NCBI RefSeq assembly: GCF_009914755.1
Contig: NC_060947.1
Length of the DNA stretch: 64,000 bases
DNA from: the human T2T-CHM13v2.0 reference genome, Homo sapiens
Reading direction: 5' to 3' (one strand)
This document shows, piece after piece, positions 13,535 through 29,599 of the stretch. The translations under genes and the position numbers were made by a program. The notes under the pieces were generated by a model. It ran no database searches, was not told the origin of the DNA, and saw only the letters and a program-made list of their open reading frames with translations. Within the stretch, counting starts at the first letter, position 1; the number at the start of each line of letters is the position of its first letter.

Positions 13535-13975
13535 GACATATCAATTACCGATTTCTTTGTAATAAACCAATTCAAAATGTAATGACTTAAAGCAACAACC
13601 ATCTATAATTTTTCAGAAGTCTGTTGGTTAACTGGGTGATTGGAGTCTTGCTAATTTCGGCTGCACTCAGCTGATTTTGGCTTGGCTCATTCACATATCT
13701 ATGTTCAGCTGGTGAGTCAGCTGGTGGCTGGCTGGTCTAGGTTAGCCTCAGCTGGGATGACTAAGCTCTGCTCCTCCTGCTCTATCATCTTTCACCAGGC
13801 TGGCCTAGACTTATACAAAGGAAAGAATCCAAGAGATAAAGCAGAAGTAAGCAAGATTTCTTGCCACCTAGGCTCAGAATTGGAACAACATTACTTCTTT
13901 TGCATTTTGGGCAAAGCAATTCATAAGGTGGTTAGATTCACAAGGTGGTTAGATTCCTCTTGGTGGGAGGAATCT
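13535..13975 (-). mobile_element. MLT1-type MaLR LTR
   Basis: gacttaaagcaacaaccat...ctggctggtctagg...cagctgggatgact motifs typical of old MLT1. Confidence 0.6.
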
Positions 13976-15829
13976 ATCACATTGTTTATTTTCTTGAGTC
14001 ATTATTGTAATTCATGGCCATAGAAAGTCTGACTATTATATATACTTCACGAAAATAAGCATAAATGTTTAGAGCTTGACTAAGTGGCTTCTTTTAGATT
14101 AGTCAGATTGGATTATTTGAAATGTCAGTGGTAACAGTGATAAACATGGATAGACATACCTCATTTAGAATTTTGTATAGTTTTTTTTCTTTTTCAGGTT
14201 GAATTGCTAACCCTAGTAGCTACTATGCATATTGAGCTCTTGACACCTGTTTAATAATAATTTTTTCATCATCTCCCAAGCCATGTAATAAAGTACAAAC
14301 TCATCATTACATTGTTTGGCTACCATGTGCCTGATTTATCAGGCAAATTTTTAGAACACTGGTGAAGCTCGAGCACACAGTAATAGCTTCCTACTATTTC
14401 CATGAGAACGATAAAAGAGAGAGAAAAAATTTTTTGTAAATCCAACGATCCTTCACATGTCTGAAACAAACAACATCAAGCCTGTTTTTCTCAAAGCTGT
14501 GCCTACCAAATGTTCCCCTGACTGTGTTTGCCCCAATCCAGAGCACACACACATCCAACTATGTCCACATGGCTCATCCTCTCCCTGCTTCTTTTTGCCT
14601 TTCCTCTTACCCACCCTCCAAGTTAGCTCTATATGAATGTGGGTTTGGAAGAGAAAGAAAGCAGAACACTCAGCCTGTTTTCTCTGGATGAATGAGTTTC
14701 ACAAACAATGACACTCCCCAATGCCACAAAGAAGCTGTTACCAGGTGTGGGACCTGAGGAGAAATACAACTCCCGTACCAGTTGTTCTTTGATGCACCAC
14801 TTCAGGAGCCATGAAACAGAGGAAATTTAAGATCAATCATAGCTCTTCACACAGTTCCATAAAACATTTTTTCCCTTGAAAGTCACTTTACTTCTAATGA
14901 TACTTACCATGCCAGTGTGTTAAAACTGTCACTGAATCAAGCTTTTTATTAAGTTGTCAGTGTATCCAGTGTTTCACAGAACCTCTGTGGGGGACTTTCT
15001 TGTCTTTTAAACCTACACATCTTTGCCACATAGGCTTTCCTCCATAATTAGCACTGACAGGTTCTCTTTAGAGGAAATATCCCACTCTCAGAGTACAAGA
15101 GGTAGCAGGTGGGTGGAAATAGATTTGAATCATTTATGAGACAGGGAAAGGGAAACCAACAGTTTTCATGGCATATGGCTGTGAAGAGAATATTGAACGA
15201 ATGGGTTCTGGACAAGTGAAGTCATACAAGTCAACAGTGAATTGAAGTAATAACACAGGTTACTTATTCCAAGAGAGCTGCAACATTTTGGAGTGAGATT
15301 TTCCCCAATTCAGGATCACATTGCTGAGTACATAACCTTAGTCTACATTTCTGTGGTCTGAGACTATTCTGGGAACCATAATATTACCCTGTGGCCACCC
15401 ATCTATGGAAGTCTTGGCAAGTCAGAGCCTCTTGGTGTCTGGGTGGTTTCTATAGGATATCTTCTTCCTTGGCTCTACTGATTTTTATGGCACTAAACTC
15501 TGAACACCCATTCAGTTTCCTGTCCCTTTCCCCATCCTAATAGGCTCAAATTTTTAGGAAACCATGAGTCTACCCTCATATCACTAGAAATTCATTCACT
15601 TAGCTTAAGGTAAAATTCAAATTCACTGAATGTCCTTTGACATAAGCCAGGTACATATTTGGTGGTTTTAGTAGAGCCAGCCCAGAAGGTTCCCATCTAT
15701 GTGGCATGATCTGAGATGGTAGACTTTGCCTACAACATCCAGATATTTGTAATTCATGTGAACAGCTTGCCAGGGAATCCAAAGTTCCTACTACTGGAGT
15801 AAATGATCCTTTTCGCCAGATCTAATCTG

Positions 15830-15833
15830 TTTC

Positions 15834-15865
<32 letters not shown>

Positions 15866-16152
15866 GAGATGGAATTTCACTCTTGTCACCCAGGCTGTTG
15901 TGCAATGGCGCTATCTCGGCTCACTGCAACCTCCGCCTCCAGGTTCCAGTGATTCTCCTGTCTCAGCCTCCTGAGTAGCTGGGATTACATACAGACTTCC
16001 GCCACCACGCTCGGCTAATTTTTGTATTTTTAGTAGAGACGGGGTTTTGCCATGTTGAACAGGCTGGTCTCCAAACTCCTGATCTCGGGTTATCTACCCG
16101 CCTCGGCCTCCCAAAGTGTTGGGATTACAGGCATGAGCCACTGCGCCCAGCC
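15830..16152 (-). mobile_element. AluS
   Basis: Full dimeric Alu, reverse strand. Confidence 0.95.
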
Positions 16153-16244
16153 CTAAGTTTCAAATTTAAAAATTCACTTAAAATTTCCATTTAAATTCAA
16201 TATGGTATAGAAACATAATATTATAAGTTAAGATAGCATGCTGT

Positions 16245-17600
16245 GGACTTCTTATTTCAGCGCTAACATGTAAAGAGCTTGGAAAGTTGTCACTCCCATC
16301 CTTATGACAGGAAAAGGTGAACTAAAAATCAATGATTTTTTCTTGGACCCATCAGAGAACTGAAGTACAGGGCAAACCATCACCCTGAAATCTGGAGAGA
16401 TGGGTGAATTAAGAGAGTCACAGATGAGGTCTGTTAACCAGGAGCAGAAGCAGCTAGAGCCATAAAACGGTAGGAATACTTAAATGGCAATAATAAGAAA
16501 TTGCTAGAGGTAGAGCGTGGACTAAAATGAAAGGAAGAAACTTCTGGGATGCAGTCTTATGGCGGGGGGGTGGGATCCATATTTTCTTGAGATTTACCTC
16601 CAGGATCCCCACCACATACTTATGGGAAAAAAATTGAGCATGATCTCCTGGTGGCTCTGGTAGGGTAAAAGGAAGAGCAACCATCTTGAAATATGCCCAG
16701 GGTATTGTATATGACAAAGGCCTAATCTCCAGGGGAAAAGACTTTTAACCAGGATCTTATTCCAAGTTAAGGAAGGGCATTTTTCCTACTCCATTCCCTT
16801 CTAGCATTTCTCTCTCACAAGAGGAGAAAAATAAAGCCAGGAAACACTGGTGATGGTCACAGCACAAAGGTACAGGCCTATTAAAAGATTAAGATTTCAT
16901 CATAAGTTTGTAGAATGCTTTCCCTCCCCAGTACCTTACCACCACACCAATAGGAGTCTAGTAAAATGGCAGTGGATTTTAGCTGAAATAGCAGCAAGAT
17001 GCAGACTCTTTGAGGAGTATTAGGGAAGCCCAAAGTCAACAGGGGAGGCAAAAACAAAAACACTAGAGGAATTTGAAGCCTCAGACACCTATAGCTACAG
17101 CAAACATTAAACACAGACCAACTTCTAGCCAGGTTAACGTGAACATTTACATTAAAGGCCTATTTGACATAATTTCTATTTTCTGATACATTATGTCTGG
17201 CTTTTAACAAAAAAATCAAGCCATTCTAAAAGGCAATAAAAATCACAGAATGTAGAAACAAAACAAACATCAGATCCAGATCTGGTTCTGACAAAGATTT
17301 TAGAATTATCAGACAGTGGATTTAAAATAACTATAATTAATATGTTATGGGTTCTAATAGATTAAAAAAATAGATAAAAACAGACAACACTCAAGAACGG
17401 TTGCATAATTTAAGTAGAGAAGTGGGAACTCTTAGAAAGAATTTTAAAAATGCTAGAGATCAAAACCACTGTAATAGAAATTTAAAAATGCCTTTGATGA
17501 TCTCATTAGTATACTGGACATGGCCAAGAAAAGAATCAGTGAGCTGGAAGATATTGAAATTTCCCAAAATGAAATGCAGAGATATAATGCTATCTGAAAA
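16245..17600 (+). mobile_element. Old L1 (L1MC/L1MD-like) 5' region and ORF1 start, decayed
   Basis: 5'UTR-like start followed by ORF1-like ttagaattatcagacagtggatttaaaataactataattaatatgtt. Confidence 0.6.
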
Positions 17601-17883
17601 CCTTCAATAACATATCAAATAGTAATTTTATCATAATTATACCCATCAAACAGTTAAAACATGTTTTAGGAAGAAATATGAGATTGCATAGGGGCCATGT
17701 CTTTCAACAGAAAAACTATATTGGTCCATAAAATGTTTCAGTAAGTTGATTACTTATAATCAATTATTTCTGAAATAGGAGGAGGGTTCTTAGCAAAAGC
17801 ATTAGGTAGTGTCTTATTTCAGAGAACTGGAATTATTGTTATCAGCTTCTGTATATTGCTTTAGCCGTTTTAGCAGAGAATAA

Positions 17884-18346
<463 letters not shown>

Positions 18347-18740
18347 GATTTGTTTCTCTTTTATATGAATGTCCAAGCTGCTAAGTAGGACAAAAGGATA
18401 AAGAAGCTCTGGTCCATAAAGTCACTAAGAGATTTTCATTTCGTTCTTCTTGTTGCTCTGACATCCTCTACGATGTTTTTCTTATCCTCAAAGTCAAAGG
18501 TGACTCAGCATCATCATATCTGTTTTAACCCATGTAGAAAAAAGGAGAAAAATAAGTAGAGGTCACTCATCTTCCTTTTAAGAAAGTGACCCAAGAGTTG
18601 CACAGACCACTTCTGTTCACATTGCTTTGACCAGAATGTGGTTGCCACACCTAACTGCAAGGGGTCTGGAAAAAGTGGCCTTTAGCTGTGTGCCTAGCTA
18701 CCCAGTTTTAAAATGGAGATTTCTTGTACTAAAAAGGAAA

Positions 18741-18885
18741 GGAAGGAAGGAAGGAAGGAAGGAAGGAAGGAAGGAAGGAAGGAAGGAAGGAAGGGAGGGA
18801 GGGAGGGAGGGAGGGAGAGAGGGAGGCAGGCAGGGAGGGAAAAGGAAAAAAAAAAGAAAAAGGAGAAAAGAAAAGAAAGAAAAAG
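18741..18885 (+). repeat. (GGAA)13 followed by (GGGA)n and an A-rich purine tract
   Basis: 13 consecutive GGAA at 18741-18792. Confidence 0.95.
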
Positions 18886-19059
18886 TGAGTATTAGGGACA
18901 ATTAGCAGTCTGTGCCACAGTGTACCTTCTGAACACCCAAGTATCCATGAATACCACTTTCCTCCAGAATACAATCAAAACAGCAAAGCAGTTACTTTTT
19001 CCAGCTCAAAACATAGCATCTAATATGCCACTGGAGGGGTAAGACACAGATTTCATTCA

Positions 19060-21868
19060 CAGGTGTACCAGAGTTGACTTGCAGCAGCTTGTACCAGTTC
19101 ACAAGAAACGTTTGTTAAAAAGTTTCAATTTTGTGATCCAGTTGTTAAACACAATCATTACTAAAAATTAATTTGTATATAATGTATCATTAAACAAATT
19201 ATATTAAAAATAAGGTAAATATTCAAAACTCATCTTTTGAAAATTATTTTACTATGTTTTACTATTGCCAGGCAGACCTGTGCTTTGCTTTGTTGAACTT
19301 TGCAGATATGTTTTTCACAAATTGAAGGTTTGTGACAATCCTGTGTTGACCAAGTCTGCTAGCACCATTTCTCCAACAGCTTGTGCTCACTTTATGTCTC
19401 TGTGTCACATTTTGGCAATTCTCACAGTATTTCAAACTTTTCATTATTATTATATTCATTATGGTGATCTGTAATCAGTGATCTTTGATGGTACTATTGT
19501 CATTGTTTAGGGGTGCCATGAACCATGCTCATATAAAATAGCGAACATAATTAATAAATGTGCGTGTGTTCTGACTGCTCCACCAACTGGCCATTCCCCT
19601 GTCTCTCTCCCCGTCCTTGGGGCCTCCCTACTCCCTGAGACCCAACAATATTGAAATTAGGCCAATTAATAACCCTACAATGGCCTCTAAATTTTTAAAT
19701 GAAAGAAGGAGTCACATGTCCCTCACTTAAAATCAAAAGCTAAAAATGATTAAGCTTAGTGAGGAAGTCATGTCAAAAACTGAGACAGGCTAAAAGCGAG
19801 GTCTCTTGTGTCAGTCAAGTTGTGAATGCAAAAGAAAAATTCTTGAAAGAAATTAAAAGTGCTACTCCTGTGAACATGCAAATGATAGGAAGATACGGAG
19901 AAAGTTTTAGTGGACAGACAATCAAACCAGCCATAACATTTCCATAAGTCAAAGCCTGATTCAGAACAAGGTTCTAACTCAAATTCTATGAAGGCTGAGA
20001 GAGGAAAGGAAGCTGCAGAAGAAAAGTTTGAAGTTGGTTGGCTCATGGGGTTTAAGGAAAGAAGCTGTCTCCATAACATAAAAGTGCAAGGTGAAGCAGC
20101 AAGTGATGATGTAGAAGCTGAAGCAAGTTATCCAGAAGATCCAGCTAAGATCATTGATAAAAGTTAATACACTAAACAGTAGATTTTCAATGTAGGTAAA
20201 ACAGCCTTCTATTGGAGAAACATGTCATCTAGGACTTTCATAGCTAGAGAGGAGAAATAAATGTCTGGCTTCAAAGCTTCAAAGGACAGACTGTATTGTT
20301 AGGGGTTTAATGCAGCTGCTGACTTTAAGTTGAAGCCAAAGTTCTTTTACCATTCCAACAATCCCAGGGCCCATAAGAATTATGTAAAATTGACTCTGCC
20401 TGTGCTCTATAAATGGAACAACAAAGTCTGGATGACAGGACATCTGTTTACAGCTATTTTACTGATATGTACTAATATTAGTTTACTAATTATTAGTTTG
20501 CTAATTATTTTAAGCCCACTATTGAGACCTCCTGCTTAGGAAAAAAAATATACCTTTCAAAATATTACTGCTCGCTGCTCATAGACAATCCATCTGGTCA
20601 CCCAAGAGCTCTGATGGAGATGTACAAGAAGATTAATGTTGTTTTCACGCCTGTTAACACAACATCCATTCTGCAGCCCATGAATTGACTTTCAGGTCTT
20701 ATTATTTAAAAAATATATTTCAGTAAGGCTATAGCTGCCATACATAGTAAGTCCTCTGATAGATCTGGGCAAAGTAAATCAAAAACTTTCTGGAAAAGAT
20801 TTACCATTTTAGATGCTATTAAGGACATTCATGATTTATTGGAGGAGGTCAAAACATCAACATTGACAGAAGTTTGAGAGAAGTTGATTCTAACCCTTAT
20901 GGATGACTTTGATGGGCTCATGACTTCAATTGAGGAAGCAACTACAGATGTGGTGGAAATAGCAAGAGAACTAGATTTATAAGTGAAGCCTGAGAATGTT
21001 ACTGAATTGTTGCAATCTCATGATAAAATTTTAACAGATCATGGTTGCTTCTTATGGATGAGCAAAAAGTGTGGTTTCTTGAGATGGATTCTAGTCCTGG
21101 TGAAGATGCTGTGAGCATTGTTGAAATAATAACAAAGTATTTAAAACATTACATAAACTTAGTTGATAGAGCAGCAGCAGAGTTTGAGAGGATTGACTCC
21201 AATTTTGAAAGAGTTCTGCTGCAAGTAAAATGTTATCAAACAGCAACATACTACAGAGAAATCTTTCATGAAAGGGAGAGTCAGTCAAAGCAACAAGCTC
21301 TATTGTTGTCTTATTTAAAGAAATTGCCATAGCCACTCCAGCCTTCAGCAGCCACCACCCTGATCAGTCAGTAGCTACTGGTAGAGGCAAAAGCCTCTAC
21401 CAGCAAAAAGATTATGACCTGCTAAAGGCTCAGATGATCGTAAGCATTTTTAGCAATAAAGTGTTTTAAATTACAGTACATGCATTGTTTTTTAAAGACA
21501 TGGCACCATTGAACACTCACTAGACTACAATGTAGTGTAAACATAACTTTTATGTGAGCTGGGAAACAAACTTATTTGTATGACTCACTTTATTGTGATA
21601 ACCATTTTATTGCAGTTGTCTGGAATTGAACATGCAATATTTTTGAGATATGCTTGTATCTAGGCTATTGAGGTTATTTGCATCTATATCATCTATATGA
21701 TGGGAATACTATCTAATGATGTGGAAATCTCTTCCCAACTTTGCATTGTAGCTTGAAATTACACATGATGGGAATATTTACACCACAGAGATCAACACTT
21801 GCTACAAATTAGCTCCCACTTCCCCAGCTGAAAAGCTAGTTGTTAAACATTTAACAGCACGCCATTGT
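19060..21868 (+). mobile_element. MER63-type hAT-Blackjack element split by Tigger1
   Basis: Halves at ~19060-19266 (...ttttactatt) and 21657-21868 (tatctaggctattgaggttattt...gttgttaaacatttaacagcacgccattg) join into a continuous MER63 sequence. Confidence 0.75.
19269..21656 (+). mobile_element. Near full-length Tigger1 (pogo-like) with dead transposase
   Basis: Termini caggcagacct / agatatgcttg followed by TA; transposase start atggcctctaaa at ~19680; fragments in ORFs 19759, 20330 and 21045; many stops and frameshifts. Confidence 0.95.
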
Positions 21869-24156
21869 TTCCATTATATCTCTTTGACTAGAATTTACCC
21901 ACATGGCCGCACCTATCTGCAAAGGAGGCTAGGATATGTAGACTCAAGCTGAGTGGCCATCTAAAATTTGGGAATTCTGTCAGCAGGAAGAGAGAGAGAA
22001 TATATGTTGGCGGATGATTAGCACTCATATTTTAATGTAGAAGAGCAAGATCCGGATAAGTTTCTATACCTGGGATCCACTCTTGTCACTAGTTCGTCTT
22101 TCTGGGGAGGGCAGGTATCTAGTCAGCCATCTTGAACCAAAATTTTGTCATAGGTTCATTAGCAGAGATTATAATAAACTCAAGATAGAGATTTTAGTAC
22201 CTGTCTAGTCCATTATCACAGGGTTAGTGAAAATTCAAGATTTCAATTTATGATAGTAGATTAATCCCATGAAGCAAGCTTTTTTGTCTTATGCCCAGTT
22301 TCTAGAAAATGTAAAAAATAATTATAAATATATAAATAAATCTATAAACATGCTGGCAAACAGGAAAATGAGCCCATTGTAACCCAGAAACTATGAAGAA
22401 TCACTGAGGGGAAGAAAGGTGAGATAGGATTCAATTACGTACCTAAAACCCAAAATGTGCCTAGGTGAATGCGAGCTTTGAAAAGTGGGAGCCACACACA
22501 GAGAGCTCCATACCTGGCTCTGCTTTCAGGAAGATTCAGATGAAGACATTGGATATATACAAGTATAAAAGGAAGTCCGTACTTTTGATTTGCTAAGGAA
22601 CTGGAATATGGGGGTACCTAGCCCCGGGCTCCTCCTTCCTTCCTTAGTGAAGTTCCTATAAAGGTTCATCTTGTTTTAAACTTTTAAGCCTGTGAGTATT
22701 TTCTTTTCAAACGATATAGCAAGCTCTACAATTTAGTGCTCAATAGAAGCTCCTAGGTTAGAAGAGATATGACCGGTGACTGAATGCAATGTTTGTGTGT
22801 TTGTTTACAAAGCAAACATCCACACAAGCTGTTTGCTTTTTCTACATTAAAGTATAATAAGGATATTTGGACCACATAATATGGTCAGAGACTTGTCTTA
22901 TGCATATATGACTTATGTTAAATGAGCATTATACCCAAATATTTTATCTTTCAAAATCACGTTAGAACTGAGAACAAAAATCCAGGAGTAAAACTATTAA
23001 TATTCCCAGGATGATGGATGTTGAAGTACATACTTCTTCCTCACCAAAAAAAAAAAAAAAAAAAAGGCGAGTATCTATTTTTAGCAGTATTTTCCCTCAG
23101 GAGATCAGAAAAGCCATTACAGAGTTATGGATGAATTCTTGGTTCAATAATAAGAATGACTAATGCTTCTACGGATTTAACAGAGCTGGAAAAGGCTCTT
23201 CAGATAAACAACATTTTAGAATGTTGGAAATTTGCATTTTGGAAGGAAGGAAAATGAAATTATAATTTTATTTTTAAATGATTTATCTGTTTCTCATTTT
23301 TGGATCATTAGACACATATCTTGAAATAATAGTAATTCAGCACTTACTATAAGTAAAGTGCCACTAAGCCCTAAAATAAACACAATGATGCCCTCAAGGG
23401 GCTTGCAATTTAGAGAGAAATAAGAAAAAGATATCTTAGCTCAACTTTTTAAAAAAATGTTGAGGCCAAGTACATATTGACTGTTTCATCTTTAAAGCAG
23501 GTTCTGTCTTTCTCAACAAGTTGGGAATGCCCATGCTGTGAGATTTGTAATATTAGGTAAGATATCTGTAATTCCTCAATTTATTCACTAGTTAGAATAT
23601 AGCCTGTGTATCTTAGTTTAGAGAGGAATATAAATCCTTTATAACAAGTCCACCTTTACCCTAAAGGGGATGAATTAGGAGAAGAGGAAGAGAGGACAGG
23701 ACTGAGCTGATAAATTTTCACAAGTGCCTTGAAAGTCTGTTTTTAGCTATAACGATAATTGATTTTAGTAATGTGTACACATTCCCAGCATTTTGCCCTT
23801 TTTCACCTTTTGAGAATCCTTGGTTGTTGGATTACTGATGCTAGGTTATTAAGTGAAGAGAATTAGAGAAAGTGAAAACACTAAGTTGATTTACATATGA
23901 AAGGGTATAGAGTTACTCCCAGAATAGAAAAATCTAGAAAGGCTGGAGATCTATGTGAGAGAGTCATCTGGGAGATTAATGAGAGAAAGGAGAAAGATTG
24001 AGAGATGCTACCATAAATGAATGGGCAGAGTGATACCTAAAAGCGTAATTTCTAGAAGCTTTGCTCCCTGTTGAAGTATAGATCTTCTTTACTGCTCTGT
24101 GAAAGACTTTAGGATATTCTGTAATTCCTTGGTATCTGAGAGGGATTGATTGGTTG

Positions 24157-25054
<898 letters not shown>

Positions 25055-28000
25055 TATTTCCCCCCTTCCTTTTACAAGGGGACCCTTCATTCTAAGGAGC
25101 TTTTTTTCAGGCTGAATAGAGGCAATGATATTCCTGCCTTAACTATTAGGATCTCTTGTATTCATGGTAGAGAGGAATTCAGTCAGAAAGTATCAGTATG
25201 GTGAGGGCCATTTATATAACTCTGGGTCCCAACAAAAAGTGATATTTATTTCTCTTGTTTCTTCGGAGTAGCAGCCAGAGATCACTGGTTGGTTCACAGG
25301 AATAAGCAGGGTCAGTCTAAATTCCAGAAAAAACTCAAATACAATGGATCTAAAAACAAGTGTTCCATAGTTATTTAAAAATATATTCTTTTTCTCTCCA
25401 GTCCCAATTTTTATTAAAAACAAATCATGGTAAGATTGATTTGTTTGCAAAATAAGCTTTAGTATTATTATATTCAGCCTGATTATTTGCATAAAGTGCA
25501 ACAAGAATGATTATTTGCCATGTAGGCTCTTTTTAAAAATTGGCTTTATTGGAATCTCAGGTTAAACTTTTTAAAGCCTTGAGCCCAGCCATGGGTTTAT
25601 CTGTTCCTGAACATACCTGTACAAGTTGGGTGAATTCCTCTCCTTTCAAAGTCCCAAGATAACTTGGGCCTCCTGGGCCTGTCAGGGACCTGTACAGGGA
25701 CTGTGTAGAAAAGGTATGATGCCAGTTTTCCCAAGGGGCTTTTATCAGCCTATGAGTCAAATTTGATTCCTTAAAGCAGTCTATTTATATCTGAAAGCAC
25801 ACCATTCCAGTCAAAGCCTTGGTAAAATAACAAGTGTCTCCAATTGTGTCCTGTTATAAAAGAAAACAGATTCTTATTGCAATTCTTATGCAAATAACTA
25901 TATTGCCATAAATTAACAATGCTCACAGATAGTTTCTAAATTCTGGAGAAATTTGGTAGAGAGAAAGAAATATGCTCCAAATTTTGTTTATAGAAGTGTG
26001 CTTTACTCAATTGTTAAAAGCTGTAAATAGCTCAAAAGAAAAGTCTCCTTGATTCTGAAATGAACCAGAAAGTTTGTCAAATATCAAAGGTTTAAAACAC
26101 TTGATATTATAAAATAGAATCTCAGGTCACCATAAGTCATTTATTAGCCAAAATGATAAAGATTTTAAAAACGCAAAAACCTTTACTTACTGATAAAGGG
26201 AAGACTTAGCTTTCCAAACAATCTTTCTTTTTTTCTCTCTTCTTTTAACAACAATTTTTCATTATCTCTTAATATTACATGAAAATCTTGTTCAAGAGAG
26301 AAAGCCAAATTTCAACTTTGTATTAGTGTACTATTAATGTCAAACCTAATTCTTAATAAAACCTTATAGACAAATCTATCCAATCTTAATCTGTTTGACA
26401 ATAAGGTAATATTTTCAGAAAACTTTCATAACCCTTTACAATGTTCTGCAAAAAAGCACATCAGTGTGCTAAGAAAACCCTGCTGTGCTTTTATTCCAAT
26501 GTTCAAGTTATGGGGAAACTAAATAATATCCCTTTAGCTTTAGCCAATATGTTCACACACAGAATTTCTTTTACAAGATTAACCTTTCAAAAACGTTCCA
26601 CAACATACTCAAACCTTTGGCTTTTTCCTATTTAAATTAAAACAATCCTTTAACCCTCTAAGCTAGGCAAAAATCATGCTCCCGTGCCTTCTTATACTCT
26701 TTTACCAAAAACACATTCTACTTTCCTTATAAACATTGCACATGAAACTGTTTCACCAGTAGTCTCAATTACATATGTTACAATGTTAACTTTTAGCAAC
26801 TTTTATTTTTGGTAAAAAAAAAATCCTGGTAAGTAGGTGATTTTAATTATGTATCAAGTGTGGAGCTTAGGACACCAGACAGAAGTGCAGATAAGGTTTG
26901 ATTCTTTCCAGCATAGCAAGGGGGCATGGCTAACTCTACATGTCCCAAGGCCTTACCTAGAATCTAATGGCTCTAAAGCAGGTAAGTTGAACAATTATCA
27001 AAAGTCAAAGAACCAGACTGTGTAGTTTAGTAAACACAGTATCCGAGCGGCCTAATTTAGATTTTCAAAACATTTTTATGTTACCAATAATCTTTAAAAT
27101 TATCTTTATTTCCCAAAGATTACTAAAGCCATGTGAACTAAAAGGCATTAAAGTTTCTTTTTTCTGGAAAGATATTTAAATGCTTATTACTTTTAAGCCA
27201 ATTAATCAGAGCTTTCATTTATTTTGGTAGCAAGATATCAGACACATACAACACATAAATACACAGATGGACAGGCAGGGCAGATTTGATAGTTAAAGAT
27301 TTTTCATTTGCTAGATTTTAAGTTTTTCTTTCACATTTTTATGCCAAATTCTGGGTCATTAAAAAGAGGGAAATGCTATAGGACCAGACAGTGCAATGCT
27401 TTTACCACAAATTTTACTGCAAGGACATTTCCCTGAAGCTGATGGGCAATCCAAAACCAATCAGCCCATCTCCTGTGAGAGTTTTAAATTTTGAGGGAGG
27501 GGGTGGTGGTGGACATTTTCATATTTTGCAGGTGGCTAAAACCATGCTTCTCTGATTCAAACATGCAAGTAGTGGACTATTTCTCCCCCATAACTGCCAT
27601 TAGCCATCCCCAAAAGTGTATTTCTTATCTAGTTATTACAAGCCAAGGTTAAAAGCTCTTTAATAATGCAAAGTAATTTTTGATATCCCCAAAAGTCAAA
27701 AAGTCAGGTAATGCAGTGCAAAATGGAGGACAGCCTTAGATTTTTACAGGGATCTATTCACTTACAATTCCTGGGGCTTTATGAGGAAAACAGAGGTTTC
27801 TCTCAAAAAAGGGTCTGTGGTGCCTTATCTGTATTTTTCCAAGGAGTGCCAGGCTGTCAAAAATCATTTTAGGCCCTTTCATTTGGGCATTGAGGGCAAG
27901 AAAACAGACTGGGGAAATAATTCAGTCAATTGATGAGAACAAAACAAAAAACATTTTATCAAACAAACAAGACCCAAGAAGAGAAAAAGCATAAAGGTCT

Positions 28001-29599
28001 TTTAAGTAAGTTTACAGATAGGTCGTATGCTTTTAATTAAGCTGATTTTTAGCCAAATCTCTTTTAACAGACTCTAGCCAGGACAAACAGCCAATATTTC
28101 TGGGTTTTGAATTTTACCAAAGGTAACCTCCCAGGTGAAACCAGTAAGCCTTAACTAAGGGTATGACTTAACCATGAACACACAAGGTGTCTTCAAAGAA
28201 ATGGCAAGCAGTTTTACAAGTTTTAGAGTATCCAAAGTATCAGAGAAAAGAAAATTTGAGACAGGAAGTCAGAAGTTGTTCATGGAGGGGTAAATAATCA
28301 GTAAATGGCAAAGGTCACACAAACATAAAACCAGAAGGGACTCATTACCTAAGCTGGGAATTGAACATGAGCTACCATTGTAAAGAGATAAAGCCTTAGC
28401 TACTGGGCTATAGCATGGAGCAGTCTCAGGTGCTCTTCCCAGAAGGAGCCTAGAGCAGCCAATTTTGAGTTTTCAAATGCTTTTAACTACTCATGATAAT
28501 TTTTAGGGCTAACTATGACATGAACCTCAAAATTCCCACACCCCAGATGGTGGATACCAAGAGAAAGTACCCCCAAATGGTCACAAGGTTAAGCTCCCAA
28601 GGACATAAAACAAGACAAGGGGTAAACCTCATCTAGTTCTTGCTTCAGGTATCTGTAGCAAACTTTATACCTGACCAGTTTGTTAAGCCAGCTTGAATAG
28701 TGGGCTTAAAGGGGTCCTAGGCCCACATTTTATTCTATGGTACCCCTTTTTATGACAGAATGACACAGAAAGGCAAATTCATAGCACAAAATACACTCGA
28801 TTCACTATAGCCTAAGACTAGCCTCACAAATCCTTTTTCCAGTTAATCAAAACCTTGCAGAGGAGACAAATAGTGATTTTTACCGTTTATTCAACTGGTT
28901 TACACAGAAAGAGAGAGACCAGAATCCTGACTGCTAAGAAATTCTTACTCTTTTGCTGGCATGCCAGGTTTCTGGACTTCCTTTCTCTGGGTGGTTTGAT
29001 GGCCCTGCTTACTGTGCCATAGCTTTGTGGGCCAAGACACATTACAAAAGAAAATCATGTTTTTCCAACTTTGCAAGATGCTGCCCAATGAGCTGCATGT
29101 GGGAGCCAAATTAACATTTTGCACTCTGGCTGGGGCAAAGTACATGTGACAAAACATAGACTTTAGCCATCCCACTCAGCACCTAATATCAACCTGGCAT
29201 GGCTCAAATTTGCCCTCATTGGCCCTTGTTGTCTTTGATCCACTCAAAGTGGGGTGGAATGTTGAAACCAGGAGTTTCAACACAGGGTCTCTAGGCAAGA
29301 TGGAAGAACAGACAGTCGCCCTGAGTGATAGAAAAGATAGGAAAGGGAAAAGAGAGAAAGATAACAAGAAAAACATTGCTTACAGCAGAGTGGGGGAAAG
29401 TGAGGAGCTCAGGGAAACCAGAAAAAGACTCACCCATTGCGGCGACACTGAATCAAAAGTTCAGGCGGTTGCTTGTCAGTCACGAAGGGATCTTTAGCAT
29501 CAATCCTATTAGCTCTCAAGTTTCCCACTTTGGGGGAGAAAGAAAAGTTCCCCATGTCCCATAATTTTGCACGTGCCTAGTCCTGTCACCCACAACCAT
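25055..29599 (-). mobile_element. MER41/MER4-group non-autonomous ERV internal region, 5'-truncated
   Basis: Continuous MER4-group internal-like sequence abutting the PPT; stops at ...cctgtcacccacaaccat with no PBS or 5' LTR visible. Confidence 0.8.

Noticed and set aside
18627-18974. GRKE / PSFL repeat ORFs (also 36957-37361)
   Set aside because: Translations of GGAA/TTCC microsatellites.
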